Source: a virus | Reading direction: 5' to 3' (one strand) | IMG/VR virus record: IMGVR_UViG_3300008107_000017 | Coordinates: 64,001 to 128,000 of that record | Length of the DNA: 64,000 bases | Shown: one piece after another, positions 7,604 to 16,190 of the stretch | How the letters are laid out: the number at the start of each line of letters is the position of its first letter | Numbering within the stretch: the stretch's first letter is position 1 | The notes under the pieces: model-generated | The model's input: only the letters and a program-made list of their open reading frames with translations | Database searches by the model: none | What the model was told of the DNA's origin: nothing | Program-made: the position numbers and the translations under genes

Positions 7604-7675
7604 TCCTCGGTAGCTCAGAGGCAGAGCACATGACTGTTAATCATGGGGTCGGGATATCGTAATTCCCCCGGGGAG
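7604..7675 (+). tRNA. tRNA-Asn(GTT), atypical T-loop
   Basis: CATGA-CTGTTAA-TCATG; T-loop ATCGTAA. Confidence 0.88.
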
Positions 7676-7733
7676 CAAAAACGCTTAATAGAACAAAGTA
7701 CAAGTTCAGAACAGGGTGCGGGTCCTGTGACAT

Positions 7734-7807
7734 TGGAATATAGCTCAGTTGGTTAGAGCATTCGTCTGATACGCGAAGGGTCGGCAGTTCGAGTCTGCCT
7801 ATTCCAA
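7734..7807 (+). tRNA. tRNA-Ile(GAT)
   Basis: TTCGT-CTGATAC-GCGAA. Confidence 0.93.
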
Positions 7808-7812
7808 CACAT

Positions 7813-7887
7813 GGTGGTTATAGCTCAGTTGGTTAGAGCATCTGATTGTGGTTCAGAAGGTCGTGGGTTCGACTCCCATTAATCACC
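7813..7887 (+). tRNA. tRNA-His(GTG) with G-1
   Basis: TCTGA-TTGTGGT-TCAGA; G-1:C73. Confidence 0.95.
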
Positions 7888-7893
7888 CATAAT

Positions 7894-7964
7894 GGCACTA
7901 TGGCCGAGTGGTTAGGTGGAGGTCTGCAAAACCTTTCACACAGGTTCGATTCCTGTTGGTGCCT
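7894..7964 (+). tRNA. tRNA-Cys(GCA)
   Basis: GAGGT-CTGCAAA-ACCTT; U73. Confidence 0.95.
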
Positions 7965-7972
7965 CAATAAAT

Positions 7973-8045
7973 GCGTCTGTAGCTCAGTTGGTAGAGCACT
8001 GGTCTCCAAAACCAGGTGTCGGTGGTTCGAACCCATCCAGGCGTG
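7973..8045 (+). tRNA. tRNA-Trp(CCA)
   Basis: CTGGT-CTCCAAA-ACCAG. Confidence 0.95.
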
Positions 8046-8062
8046 CGAAATACATAAAATGA

Positions 8063-8512
8063 ATGAAGGTGTTTAGAAAGACAAATGGAGTCAAGGTTAA
8101 TGTGATAGATCACACCCTCGAGCAGTTAAAGAATTATCCTCATGCATCGATTCACATTGGAACCGATTCACAAAATCATGGTGATGTAACTATGTATAGC
8201 ACAGTGATAGCATATCGCTTTGGATCATCAGGTGTACATTATATTTTTACTAAACATAAAATGCCAAAGATCACTGATATGTGGACACGTCTTTGGAAAG
8301 AAGCCGAGATGAGTATTGAAACCGCTGAATGGCTTACACAACAGATTAATGTTAAGGTTCAAATTGATATGGACTATAACGGAGATGAAGAACACAAATC
8401 ATATAGAATTATTTCTGCGGCTAAAGGGTGGGCAAATTCTCTGGGCTATAAAGTAAATGTAAAACCTAACGAGCAAATTGCAACTCGTGCAGCTGATTAT
8501 TGCTGTAGATAA
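8063..8512 (+). CDS. RNase H-like YkuK-family protein
   Basis: IGTDSQ...RLWKEAEMS...IDMDYN...AAD motifs. Confidence 0.8.
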   Translation: MKVFRKTNGVKVNVIDHTLEQLKNYPHASIHIGTDSQNHGDVTMYSTVIAYRFGSSGVHYIFTKHKMPKITDMWTRLWKEAEMSIETAEWLTQQINVKVQIDMDYNGDEEHKSYRIISAAKGWANSLGYKVNVKPNEQIATRAADYCCR

Positions 8513-8513
8513 A

Positions 8514-8598
8514 GGAAGGTTACCCAAGTGGTGAAGGGGGCAGTTTGCTAAACTGTTAGGTCGGCAACGGCGCGAGGGTTCGATCCCCTCACCTTCCG
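8514..8598 (+). tRNA. tRNA-Ser(GCT)
   Basis: GCAGT-TTGCTAA-ACTGT, long variable arm. Confidence 0.93.
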
Positions 8599-8601
8599 CT
8601 C

Positions 8602-8632
8602 TTTCAGAAATCATATCTATGTATTATATTTG
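8602..8632 (+). promoter_or_regulatory. Host-type promoter
   Basis: TTTCAG-N17-TATATTTG. Confidence 0.6.
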
Positions 8633-8648
8633 AATAAATAGTTTAGGT

Positions 8649-8846
8649 ATGAAAAAGGATTTTATTTGGGTACGCAGGGTTATCCTAAACAAAGACAACA
8701 AGACCGTTCATTACGAGTCTTTGGTTAAACTTATTCATTTGTTTTCAGCAAAATGGAAACATAATGAAAAAGATCCACGATTTAGGGAAGCCTATAATTC
8801 ATATAAAGCCTTTCTGAAACTTACACTTAGACATCAATATAATTAA
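8649..8846 (+). CDS. Hypothetical protein
   Basis: ATG ORF after promoter. Confidence 0.6.
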   Translation: MKKDFIWVRRVILNKDNKTVHYESLVKLIHLFSAKWKHNEKDPRFREAYNSYKAFLKLTLRHQYN

Positions 8847-8870
8847 ACCAAACAGAGTTTTAGCATATAA
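8845..8870 (+). promoter_or_regulatory. AAAC-N16-ATATAA promoter (putative phage-sigma class)
   Basis: Same spacing at 8817, 12105, 13460, 37636, 39702, 45446, 58692. Confidence 0.6.
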
Positions 8871-8881
8871 AAATAAAAGGT

Positions 8882-10759
8882 ATGGCCGTAAGTGTAGAAA
8901 AGAGGTATCAAAAACTTACTGACACTGAACACGTTCTCCTTCGTCCAGGTATGTACATCGGTTCAATTAAACCGCATACCGAGGAAGTATTTCTTCTTAA
9001 CGAAAAGAAAGGTAAATTTGAACCTACGGAGATTACTTATAATCCAGGTTTCATAAAACTTTTTGACGAGATCGTATCAAATTCAGTTGATGAACATAAA
9101 AGAAATCCTCAACTTAACCAGATTAAAATTACTATTGATGAAGTATCTGGCAGAATATCAATCTGGGATAATGGAGGAATTCCTGTAGAGATCCATAAAG
9201 AGTACGGAGAATGGGTTCCAGAAATGATCTTTAGTAATCTTAAGACTGGTAGTAATTTTGATGATACTGAAGACCGTACTGTTGTAGGTACTAATGGTGT
9301 AGGTAGTACATTAACCAATATCTTTAGTAAAGAATTCAAAATTGAAACATGTGATGGTAAAAAATCATTTGTGCAGGTATTTTCAGATAACATGTCCAAA
9401 AAGACAGAACCTGTAATTAAATCACATAAGAAAGGCTATACTGAAATTTCTTATATTGCAGATTTTGAAAGATTTGGAATGAAGAAAATTGATAAGTCTT
9501 CTCTGCAAATGATTCAGAAAAGGCTTTATGATATTGCTGCATGTAATACTTTGCTTAAGATCTATCTTAATGATACCTTAATATCGTTTAAGAACTTTAA
9601 AGAATATGCAGATCTTTATACTGATAATGTTTTCTATGAACAGTCTCCTAATTGGAAAATTGGTATAGGACATTCAACATCAGGATTTAAAGCAATATCA
9701 TTCGTCAATTCGGTTGAAACAAAGGATGGTGGCACCCATGTTAATAATGTTACATTTCAAATCATCCAATACCTTAGAGAAAAGATTAAGAAAAAATATC
9801 GGGTTGATGTAAAACCAACCGATCTAAAACAACACATCTTTCTCTTTATTGATTGCACAGTTATTAATCCTGCATTCTCGTCTCAAACTAAGGAGAAACT
9901 CATTACTGAACCTAAAGACTTTGGGAGTATACATGAACTATCAGAAAAGATTCTTAAACAAGTATTTGCATCTGAAATCATCCAATCTGTTCTTGACTGG
10001 ATTGAAAGAAAGCAGGCAGCCGAAGAAAGAGCAAAACTTAGAAAATTAAATAATAACCTCGATAAGTCAAAGGTAATTAAATTAATCGATGCTAAGAAAA
10101 CCGGTGATAGAAAAAATTGTACTCTTGCAATATTTGAAGGTGACTCTGCATCCTCTGCGTTTCGTCGTTACCGTGATCCGCTAACGCAAGGTGCGTTTCC
10201 TCTTCGCGGTAAATTTATTAATGTAAGAGAGATTCCTGATTCAAAGGTGGTACAAAATAAAGAAGTACAATCTCTTATGGCTGCAATAGGATTAAAGATT
10301 GGTCATGAACCAAAGGACTTAAGATATGGTAAGATCTTATTCTATACTGATGCCGATGTTGATGGGAATTCAATTTCTGCATTGCTAATTAATTTCTTTG
10401 GTAAATATTGGCCTGAGTTATTTGAAGAAGGTAAAGTTCTTAAGGTAGAAACACCTCTTATGGTAGCAAAGAAAGGAAAGGAAACTTTAAGCTTTTATTC
10501 TGAAGAAGATTATAAAGAATGGGAGTTAAAACAAAAATCATTATCCTCATGGAATATTGAATATAAGAAAGGATTGGCTGCATTGGAGGACGATGAATAT
10601 CAGGAGATCATTAGAAGCCCTAGATCATACTTTCTTACCAGAGATAATGGATTTAACAGTACATTAAATATCTGGTTTGCAGGTGACTCTAGCCCTCGTA
10701 AAAAGAAGATTCTAGGCGAATCTGTTGAAATTAAAACAAGCAATAAATCTCTTTTCTAA
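8882..10759 (+). CDS. Type IIA DNA topoisomerase, ATPase/TOPRIM subunit (T4 gp39+60-like)
   Basis: LRPGMYIGS, EIVSNSVDE, GTNGVG, EGDSA, PLRGK, YTDADVDG, YKKGL. Confidence 0.97.
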   Translation: MAVSVEKRYQKLTDTEHVLLRPGMYIGSIKPHTEEVFLLNEKKGKFEPTEITYNPGFIKLFDEIVSNSVDEHKRNPQLNQIKITIDEVSGRISIWDNGGIPVEIHKEYGEWVPEMIFSNLKTGSNFDDTEDRTVVGTNGVGSTLTNIFSKEFKIETCDGKKSFVQVFSDNMSKKTEPVIKSHKKGYTEISYIADFERFGMKKIDKSSLQMIQKRLYDIAACNTLLKIYLNDTLISFKNFKEYADLYTDNVFYEQSPNWKIGIGHSTSGFKAISFVNSVETKDGGTHVNNVTFQIIQYLREKIKKKYRVDVKPTDLKQHIFLFIDCTVINPAFSSQTKEKLITEPKDFGSIHELSEKILKQVFASEIIQSVLDWIERKQAAEERAKLRKLNNNLDKSKVIKLIDAKKTGDRKNCTLAIFEGDSASSAFRRYRDPLTQGAFPLRGKFINVREIPDSKVVQNKEVQSLMAAIGLKIGHEPKDLRYGKILFYTDADVDGNSISALLINFFGKYWPELFEEGKVLKVETPLMVAKKGKETLSFYSEEDYKEWELKQKSLSSWNIEYKKGLAALEDDEYQEIIRSPRSYFLTRDNGFNSTLNIWFAGDSSPRKKKILGESVEIKTSNKSLF

Positions 10760-12102
10760 TGGAAAAAAGAACAGTAACATCATTCTTTGATAAAGAATAT
10801 TTGGAGTATGCCAAATATGTTGTAGAAAATCGTGCAATCCCTAGCTGTATTGACGGTCTTAAACCAACACAACGGAAGGTCGTTTTCGTGGCAAATAAAA
10901 TCTGGAAAAATGGAGCAGAAAAGCCAATGAAACTATTCCAACTTGCAGGCCGTGTAGCGGCAGAGGCATATTATCATCATGGTAATACTTCCTTGGAATC
11001 TGCTATGGTTGGTATGGCACAGAAGTTTAAGAACTCTTTACCTCTTTTGGATGGCATTGGCCAATTTGGATCTTTACGTTCCCCTTCTGCCGGTGCACCT
11101 CGTTACATCAGTGCAAAATTACATCCTAATTTTAGATTAATTTATCAGGATTTTGACCTTCTTAATAATAAGATTGAAGAAGGTGTAGAAATTGAACCAG
11201 ACTTCTTTCTTCCTATCGTTCCAACCGTTATCTTAAATGGATCTTCTGGTATTGCTGTAGGATTTGCAACTAACATTCTTAATCGTAATCCTAAAGATGT
11301 AGTTGAAGCATGTTTGGCCGTTCTTAAGGATAAGAAGATTAAAACACTTCCTCCTTGGTTAAGTGAATTTAAGGGATCATTTACTAGAGATCCTGGTAAT
11401 CCTAATACGTGGAAGATTAGTGGATCATATGAAATAGTAAATAGTACAACAGTAAAAGTAACAGAAATTCCACCTTCATTTACTTATGAGAGATATGAAG
11501 AGTGGTTAAACGCTCTGGTTGATAAAAAGATCATTGTTGATTATGAAGATAATTCATCAGATAAAATTGAATACCTTCTTAAATTTCAACGAGCAATTCT
11601 TAAGGACTATATTTCAAAGGATAGACTAGAAAATCTGTTAAAGATTCATTCACAAGAAACTGAAAACCTTACCACTATCGATGAGACTGGTAAATTAAAG
11701 ATCTTTACCAAAGCTGAAGATATTGTAACCCACTTTGTTGGAATAAGACTTCAGTATTATCATAAGAGAAAGGCCTATCTTCTTGATAAATTAGGAAGAG
11801 AGCTTCTTATCATATCAAATAAGGCAAGATTCATTAAAGATATTATTGAAGGAAAACTTAAGGTAAATAATGTAGCAAAAGATATCATTGTTAAATACCT
11901 GGAAGATAACAAATATGATAAGATTGATGGTTCATATACATACCTATTAAGTATGGCAATCTATTCATTAACTAAGGAGAGATTTGAAGAACTACTTAAA
12001 CAAAAAACAGAAAAGGAATCTGAGGTAGAAGCCATTAAGAAAACTGATCCTAAGGACATGTATATAACTGATCTTGAACAATTGAAAAAATCATTAGGGT
12101 AA
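10759..12102 (+). CDS. Type IIA DNA topoisomerase, breakage-reunion subunit (T4 gp52-like)
   Basis: DGLKPTQRK, YHHG, APRY catalytic Tyr, GIAVGF. Confidence 0.97.
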   Translation: MEKRTVTSFFDKEYLEYAKYVVENRAIPSCIDGLKPTQRKVVFVANKIWKNGAEKPMKLFQLAGRVAAEAYYHHGNTSLESAMVGMAQKFKNSLPLLDGIGQFGSLRSPSAGAPRYISAKLHPNFRLIYQDFDLLNNKIEEGVEIEPDFFLPIVPTVILNGSSGIAVGFATNILNRNPKDVVEACLAVLKDKKIKTLPPWLSEFKGSFTRDPGNPNTWKISGSYEIVNSTTVKVTEIPPSFTYERYEEWLNALVDKKIIVDYEDNSSDKIEYLLKFQRAILKDYISKDRLENLLKIHSQETENLTTIDETGKLKIFTKAEDIVTHFVGIRLQYYHKRKAYLLDKLGRELLIISNKARFIKDIIEGKLKVNNVAKDIIVKYLEDNKYDKIDGSYTYLLSMAIYSLTKERFEELLKQKTEKESEVEAIKKTDPKDMYITDLEQLKKSLG

Positions 12103-12141
12103 TGAAACTTATTAAGATACTTCAATATAAAAAATAAATCC

Positions 12142-12303
12142 ATGAAAACATTTATTATAGTAGGTTCAGGAGTTAAGTGGACGTGTAAGGCAAATACCGA
12201 GGAAGAAGCATGGGAATCCTTATCTAAAATTAAAGTATTACCTATCACAGAACTAAAGAAAATGTTTAAAGTATTAAACGGTGATCAATCAAAAAATCAA
12301 TAA
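12142..12303 (+). CDS. 53-aa hypothetical protein (not in the ORF track)
   Basis: MKTFIIVGSG...KNQ*, directly after an AAAC-N16-ATATAA motif; fills the gap. Confidence 0.6.
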   Translation: MKTFIIVGSGVKWTCKANTEEEAWESLSKIKVLPITELKKMFKVLNGDQSKNQ

Positions 12304-12304
12304 T

Positions 12305-12532
12305 ATGTTAATAGAACAAACCTCGATGACAGACTCATCAATGATTAAAAAAGCAGTTTATAATTTTTCTGCAAACACATTAAAAATTGAATTTAATTCA
12401 GGTACTATCTATGAATATTCAAATGTTGACTCTCAAACATATGAAGAATTTTGTAGAGCAGAATCTCAAGGAAAATTCTTTAATGAAAAAATTAAAAACA
12501 ATTTTCAAAACTCTAAACTTTTATTAGACTAA
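12305..12532 (+). CDS. KTSC domain protein
   Basis: SSMI...Y...LKIEFNSGTIYEY..V....F..AESQGKFFN. Confidence 0.85.
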   Translation: MLIEQTSMTDSSMIKKAVYNFSANTLKIEFNSGTIYEYSNVDSQTYEEFCRAESQGKFFNEKIKNNFQNSKLLLD

Positions 12533-12534
12533 TT

Positions 12535-12771
12535 ATGGGACCAACTAATGTAATGTATGATGCTCTCAAAGCACAATTTGAAGCACAAAAACAAAAGGCT
12601 CTTGCCACACTTACTATCTACTTAACAAATCCAGTAGGTATCGGTGAACATCCACAGCATATAGATGAAATGATGACCTTAACAAGATCTCTTGCTGAGG
12701 CCAATGATTGCATTCAAACTTTAGAAAATACCTTTGAGGTAAAAAATGCAGCCAATGAAAACGGTAACTGA
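12535..12771 (+). CDS. Phage hypothetical protein
   Basis: NPVGIGEHP motif; tight gene packing. Confidence 0.7.
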   Translation: MGPTNVMYDALKAQFEAQKQKALATLTIYLTNPVGIGEHPQHIDEMMTLTRSLAEANDCIQTLENTFEVKNAANENGN

Positions 12772-13006
12772 GATAGTACAAAGACTTCTTGATGAAAGAC
12801 ATATTACTGCAGAGGAAGCCATAGTACTTTTACAAGCCGAGGTAAATAGAAATCAGCCTTTTTACATACCTAGCCCTACGCCAACCATTCAACCTTATTC
12901 TCCGCCTTATAAACCAGGCGATCTTTGGTATAGTTTTTCATCAACCTCACCAGGCACAACCGTAAACACTCCTATTGCAGGTTCAAAATCAGAAGATAAT
13001 GAATAA
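12746..13006 (+). CDS. Hypothetical protein
   Basis: Fills the gap between packed genes. Confidence 0.6.
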   Translation: MQPMKTVTEIVQRLLDERHITAEEAIVLLQAEVNRNQPFYIPSPTPTIQPYSPPYKPGDLWYSFSSTSPGTTVNTPIAGSKSEDNE

Positions 13007-13478
13007 AGTAATCCTAGTAGGTAAAGCCGCTGCAGGTAAAGATCACATGAGAAAGGTAATGGAAGGCCGTGGATTTATCTACGGTATTTCTTATACCACT
13101 CGACCACCGAGAGAAGGTGAGATTGACGGCCAAGATTATTACTTTATGTCAAAAGAACAATTTGATGATGGTATTAAGAATAACTTTTGGTATGAATGGG
13201 TTGAATTTAATGGTTGGTATTATGGAACAAGTTATAAACAGTTCAAGGAACAGTGTAACTTATTTATAATGACACCTAAAGGCATTTCTCATATCAATCC
13301 AATTGATCGTAAAGAATGTACAATCATTTATCTCAATATGCCAATTGAAGTAAGACGCCAAAGACTTATTAGCCGCAATATGCCAGGTGATACATTGGAA
13401 CGTAGAATTCAGGCAGATGAAAATGACTTTGCTAATTTTACAGATTTTGACATTGAGATAAACAATCATAACTTCTAA
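12999..13478 (+). CDS. gmk: Guanylate kinase-like protein
   Basis: GKAAAGKD P-loop, SYTTRPPREGEIDGQDYYF, YYGT. Confidence 0.85.
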   Translation: MNKVILVGKAAAGKDHMRKVMEGRGFIYGISYTTRPPREGEIDGQDYYFMSKEQFDDGIKNNFWYEWVEFNGWYYGTSYKQFKEQCNLFIMTPKGISHINPIDRKECTIIYLNMPIEVRRQRLISRNMPGDTLERRIQADENDFANFTDFDIEINNHNF

Positions 13479-13492
13479 CATATAAAAATAAA

Positions 13493-14092
13493 ATGAGTAA
13501 GTTCATTATCATTGAAGGCACCGATAATACCGGTAAAGATACACAGCAAAATCTTATTATTAAGAATCTTAAAGATACTGTCTTTCATAAGATTCATTAT
13601 TCGTCTTTACCCTTTAAAGATGATATTGAAATGCATACTTCATATTCAAAGAAAATGTATGAAGACATGTTTAAGATGATGGTTCTCTGTAAAGATCAAG
13701 ATATTAATATCATCTTTAATCGTTCTCATTTAGGTGAAAGTATTTACTCTCCACTTTACCGTGGATATTCCGGTGATTATGTTTTTGATATTGAAAAAGG
13801 TTTTGTAAATACATTAAGAGAAAATCTTTATCTTATTACGTTAACAAATGACCCTCATACCATTTGGAGCAGAGATGATGGAAAATCATTTTATAAAAAT
13901 GAAGAAGGTATTAAAGCCGAGGTTGATGGATTCCAACGTGCTCATCGTTTGAGTAAGATTAAAAATAAACTTCTTCTTAATGTAGGTACTATGGGTGCCG
14001 ATGAAGTCTCCAAAATTATTATTGAGTTTTTATCCCATGAAAATACAATAACCGGAGATCCTAAACAATTATCTATGTTTAGTCATGAGTAA
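13493..14092 (+). CDS. Thymidylate-kinase-like dNMP kinase
   Basis: IIIEGTDNTGKDT P-loop; FNRSHLGESIY. Confidence 0.8.
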   Translation: MSKFIIIEGTDNTGKDTQQNLIIKNLKDTVFHKIHYSSLPFKDDIEMHTSYSKKMYEDMFKMMVLCKDQDINIIFNRSHLGESIYSPLYRGYSGDYVFDIEKGFVNTLRENLYLITLTNDPHTIWSRDDGKSFYKNEEGIKAEVDGFQRAHRLSKIKNKLLLNVGTMGADEVSKIIIEFLSHENTITGDPKQLSMFSHE

Positions 14093-14273
14093 GTGGAGAG
14101 AAGAACGCATGTATGAGATAATGAATCATCTCTGGGATAATCCTAAGTTGATGGAATTATATGAACTCGAAATGAAAAAGGCACAAGCCGAAAAATACGT
14201 AGAAGAGTTCTTTCCTAAAATGGAAAAATGTTACGAAAAAGCTTTAAAAGAATATGAGAATTTACAAAGGTGA
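14085..14273 (+). CDS. Hypothetical protein
   Basis: Overlapping packed ORF. Confidence 0.6.
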   Translation: MSKWREERMYEIMNHLWDNPKLMELYELEMKKAQAEKYVEEFFPKMEKCYEKALKEYENLQR

Positions 14274-15135
14274 AACATTTGCTGATGTGTATCAAACTGC
14301 ACTAACTGATGTACTCCAAAATCCTGAATATGTTACCTCTCCAAGAGGTATGAAAATTAATGAAGTTACTAATGCTGCGTTAGTTATCGAAGATCCTACA
14401 TTTCCTCTTTATGAAAATAATAGAAGGAGTAGTCAATTCAAATATATTGCAGCCGAATTAGTTTGGTACTTTACTGGCCGTAGAGATACTAATTTTATTT
14501 CAAAATTTGCAAAGTTCTGGGAACAAATTGATAACGGAAACGGTACGGTAAATTCTGCTTACGGTAATCTTATCTTTACGGATAAGAATCCTCATGGTAT
14601 TAATCAGTACCAATGGGCATTACAGTCTTTAATTGAAGATAAAGATTCTCGTCAAGCTATTCTTCATTTTAATATGCCTTCACATCAGTGGAAAGGTAAT
14701 AAAGATTTTGTATGTACTCTTACAGGCGTATTTCAAATTCGTGATAATCATCTTAACTTTACCATTGATATGAGATCAAACGATCTTATTCTAGGTACAC
14801 CGACTGACATTGCATTTTTCTGTCTTCTTCAACAGCAGATGTATGAGCATCTTAAAAAGTATTACCCAGATCTAGAATTAGGTACATATACACATATTGT
14901 ACATTCTCTTCATATTTATGAAAGGCACTTTGGCTTAATAGATGAAATGTTAGATCATTCTTTTGAACCAATGAGTTTTCCAGAGATAAGAGAATTCTTA
15001 ATCGATCCTAATGGTAATCCTTTAGAAGGTATTAAAGAAATTGAATCTGAAATAGAATCAGATTCCGAGGTTATAAGAGTTAAAGATGATCCTTTACATG
15101 TGTGGATATCCGATGCGGTTTTCATGGATATATAA
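14254..15135 (+). CDS. Thymidylate-synthase-family protein, dCMP hydroxymethylase/methylase-like
   Basis: DSRQA, catalytic Cys in DFVCT, MRSND..LG.PTD (Asp at the TS Asn177 position), SLHIYERH. Confidence 0.8.
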   Translation: MRIYKGETFADVYQTALTDVLQNPEYVTSPRGMKINEVTNAALVIEDPTFPLYENNRRSSQFKYIAAELVWYFTGRRDTNFISKFAKFWEQIDNGNGTVNSAYGNLIFTDKNPHGINQYQWALQSLIEDKDSRQAILHFNMPSHQWKGNKDFVCTLTGVFQIRDNHLNFTIDMRSNDLILGTPTDIAFFCLLQQQMYEHLKKYYPDLELGTYTHIVHSLHIYERHFGLIDEMLDHSFEPMSFPEIREFLIDPNGNPLEGIKEIESEIESDSEVIRVKDDPLHVWISDAVFMDI

Positions 15136-15152
15136 TAAAATCATCTATAACA

Positions 15153-16103
15153 ATGAAGTATGTCAAACTTTTTGAAGAGTTCTTAAATGAAGCCGTTGAA
15201 GATAACGGATTAAAGAAAGTATATTTAGCCACCCGCCGAGATAGTGGACAGAGATGGTGGTCTTATAAAGGTTTTGCCGGTGATAAGTTTTTTATTCAGG
15301 TTACCGAAAATAATATTGATAAGTTAGACATTAATCCTGAGTACCCTGTACTTAATTATCATAGTACTATAGTTGATGAATTACTAAAAAGAAAATTGAT
15401 TAAAGAGGAAAACATCTATAATCATCCTAAGTATATTCCACTATCTGGATCAAAGAAAGAGTTTCATAAACTTGTAGGTGAAGATGAAAATGTACCTAAG
15501 ACCGTTTACTCAAAAAACGAGGCTTTAGAGAAATTAAACTTTCCTATCATTGCAAAGCCTGCAAATGGTCATAGCGGTATTGGAATTCAGGTTATTAAGA
15601 AGCCTGAATTAATGGAAGAACTTGATGAAAAGATATTTGACACTTTTTCTGAATATGTAGATAAGGTAGAGGAAATGAGATTCTTTAACTTTAAAGGTCA
15701 ACCTATTTTTTGGATGGAAAGAACACCTGCAAACAGTAAGGCAAAATCTGGTGATGGTAAGACCGATGAGGAAATGGAATTTAATTATGCTAAGAGAAAT
15801 GTTGATAATATTCCAGAAGACTATAAAAAGGTTTTAGAAAAATACTGCAAAATATTTGAAAAGTTTCCTTACATCTGTTTTGATATGATGAAGGATAAAG
15901 AAGGTAAGATCTATGTTATTGAGTCAAATGCCCAGCCCGGTGTACCTTTCGATAGCACAGTTGAAATCTATAAGAAAGTATATGAAGACTTCTATGGTAA
16001 ACCCCTAGATGAAAAATCTCTTCAAAAACTAGACGAATACTCAAAGGAAATGATTGAAAGAACACTGGAACGCGATAAGAAAAGATTTTCTGTAAAAAAG
16101 TAG
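15153..16103 (+). CDS. ATP-grasp ligase-like protein with capsid-targeting-like N-terminus
   Basis: VPKT, FPIIAKPANGHSGIGI, FDMM...VIESNAQPG; starts MKYVKLFEEFLNE. Confidence 0.8.
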   Translation: MKYVKLFEEFLNEAVEDNGLKKVYLATRRDSGQRWWSYKGFAGDKFFIQVTENNIDKLDINPEYPVLNYHSTIVDELLKRKLIKEENIYNHPKYIPLSGSKKEFHKLVGEDENVPKTVYSKNEALEKLNFPIIAKPANGHSGIGIQVIKKPELMEELDEKIFDTFSEYVDKVEEMRFFNFKGQPIFWMERTPANSKAKSGDGKTDEEMEFNYAKRNVDNIPEDYKKVLEKYCKIFEKFPYICFDMMKDKEGKIYVIESNAQPGVPFDSTVEIYKKVYEDFYGKPLDEKSLQKLDEYSKEMIERTLERDKKRFSVKK

Positions 16104-16190
16104 AAAAAAGTCTACGAAAAATTTTCAAATCTCGTTTTTTTGTTTTATATTTGTACTGATGGTATTTTTATACTGTCTTAAAACAATGAT

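Noticed and set aside
7681-7728. Twister ribozyme (TAA...GTACAAG...GGGTG resemblance)
   Set aside because: The P2 helix cannot be formed; kept only as an unassigned structured element.
8882-12102. Intron, intein or translational bypass in the topoisomerase genes
   Set aside because: Both ORFs are continuous and of normal length.
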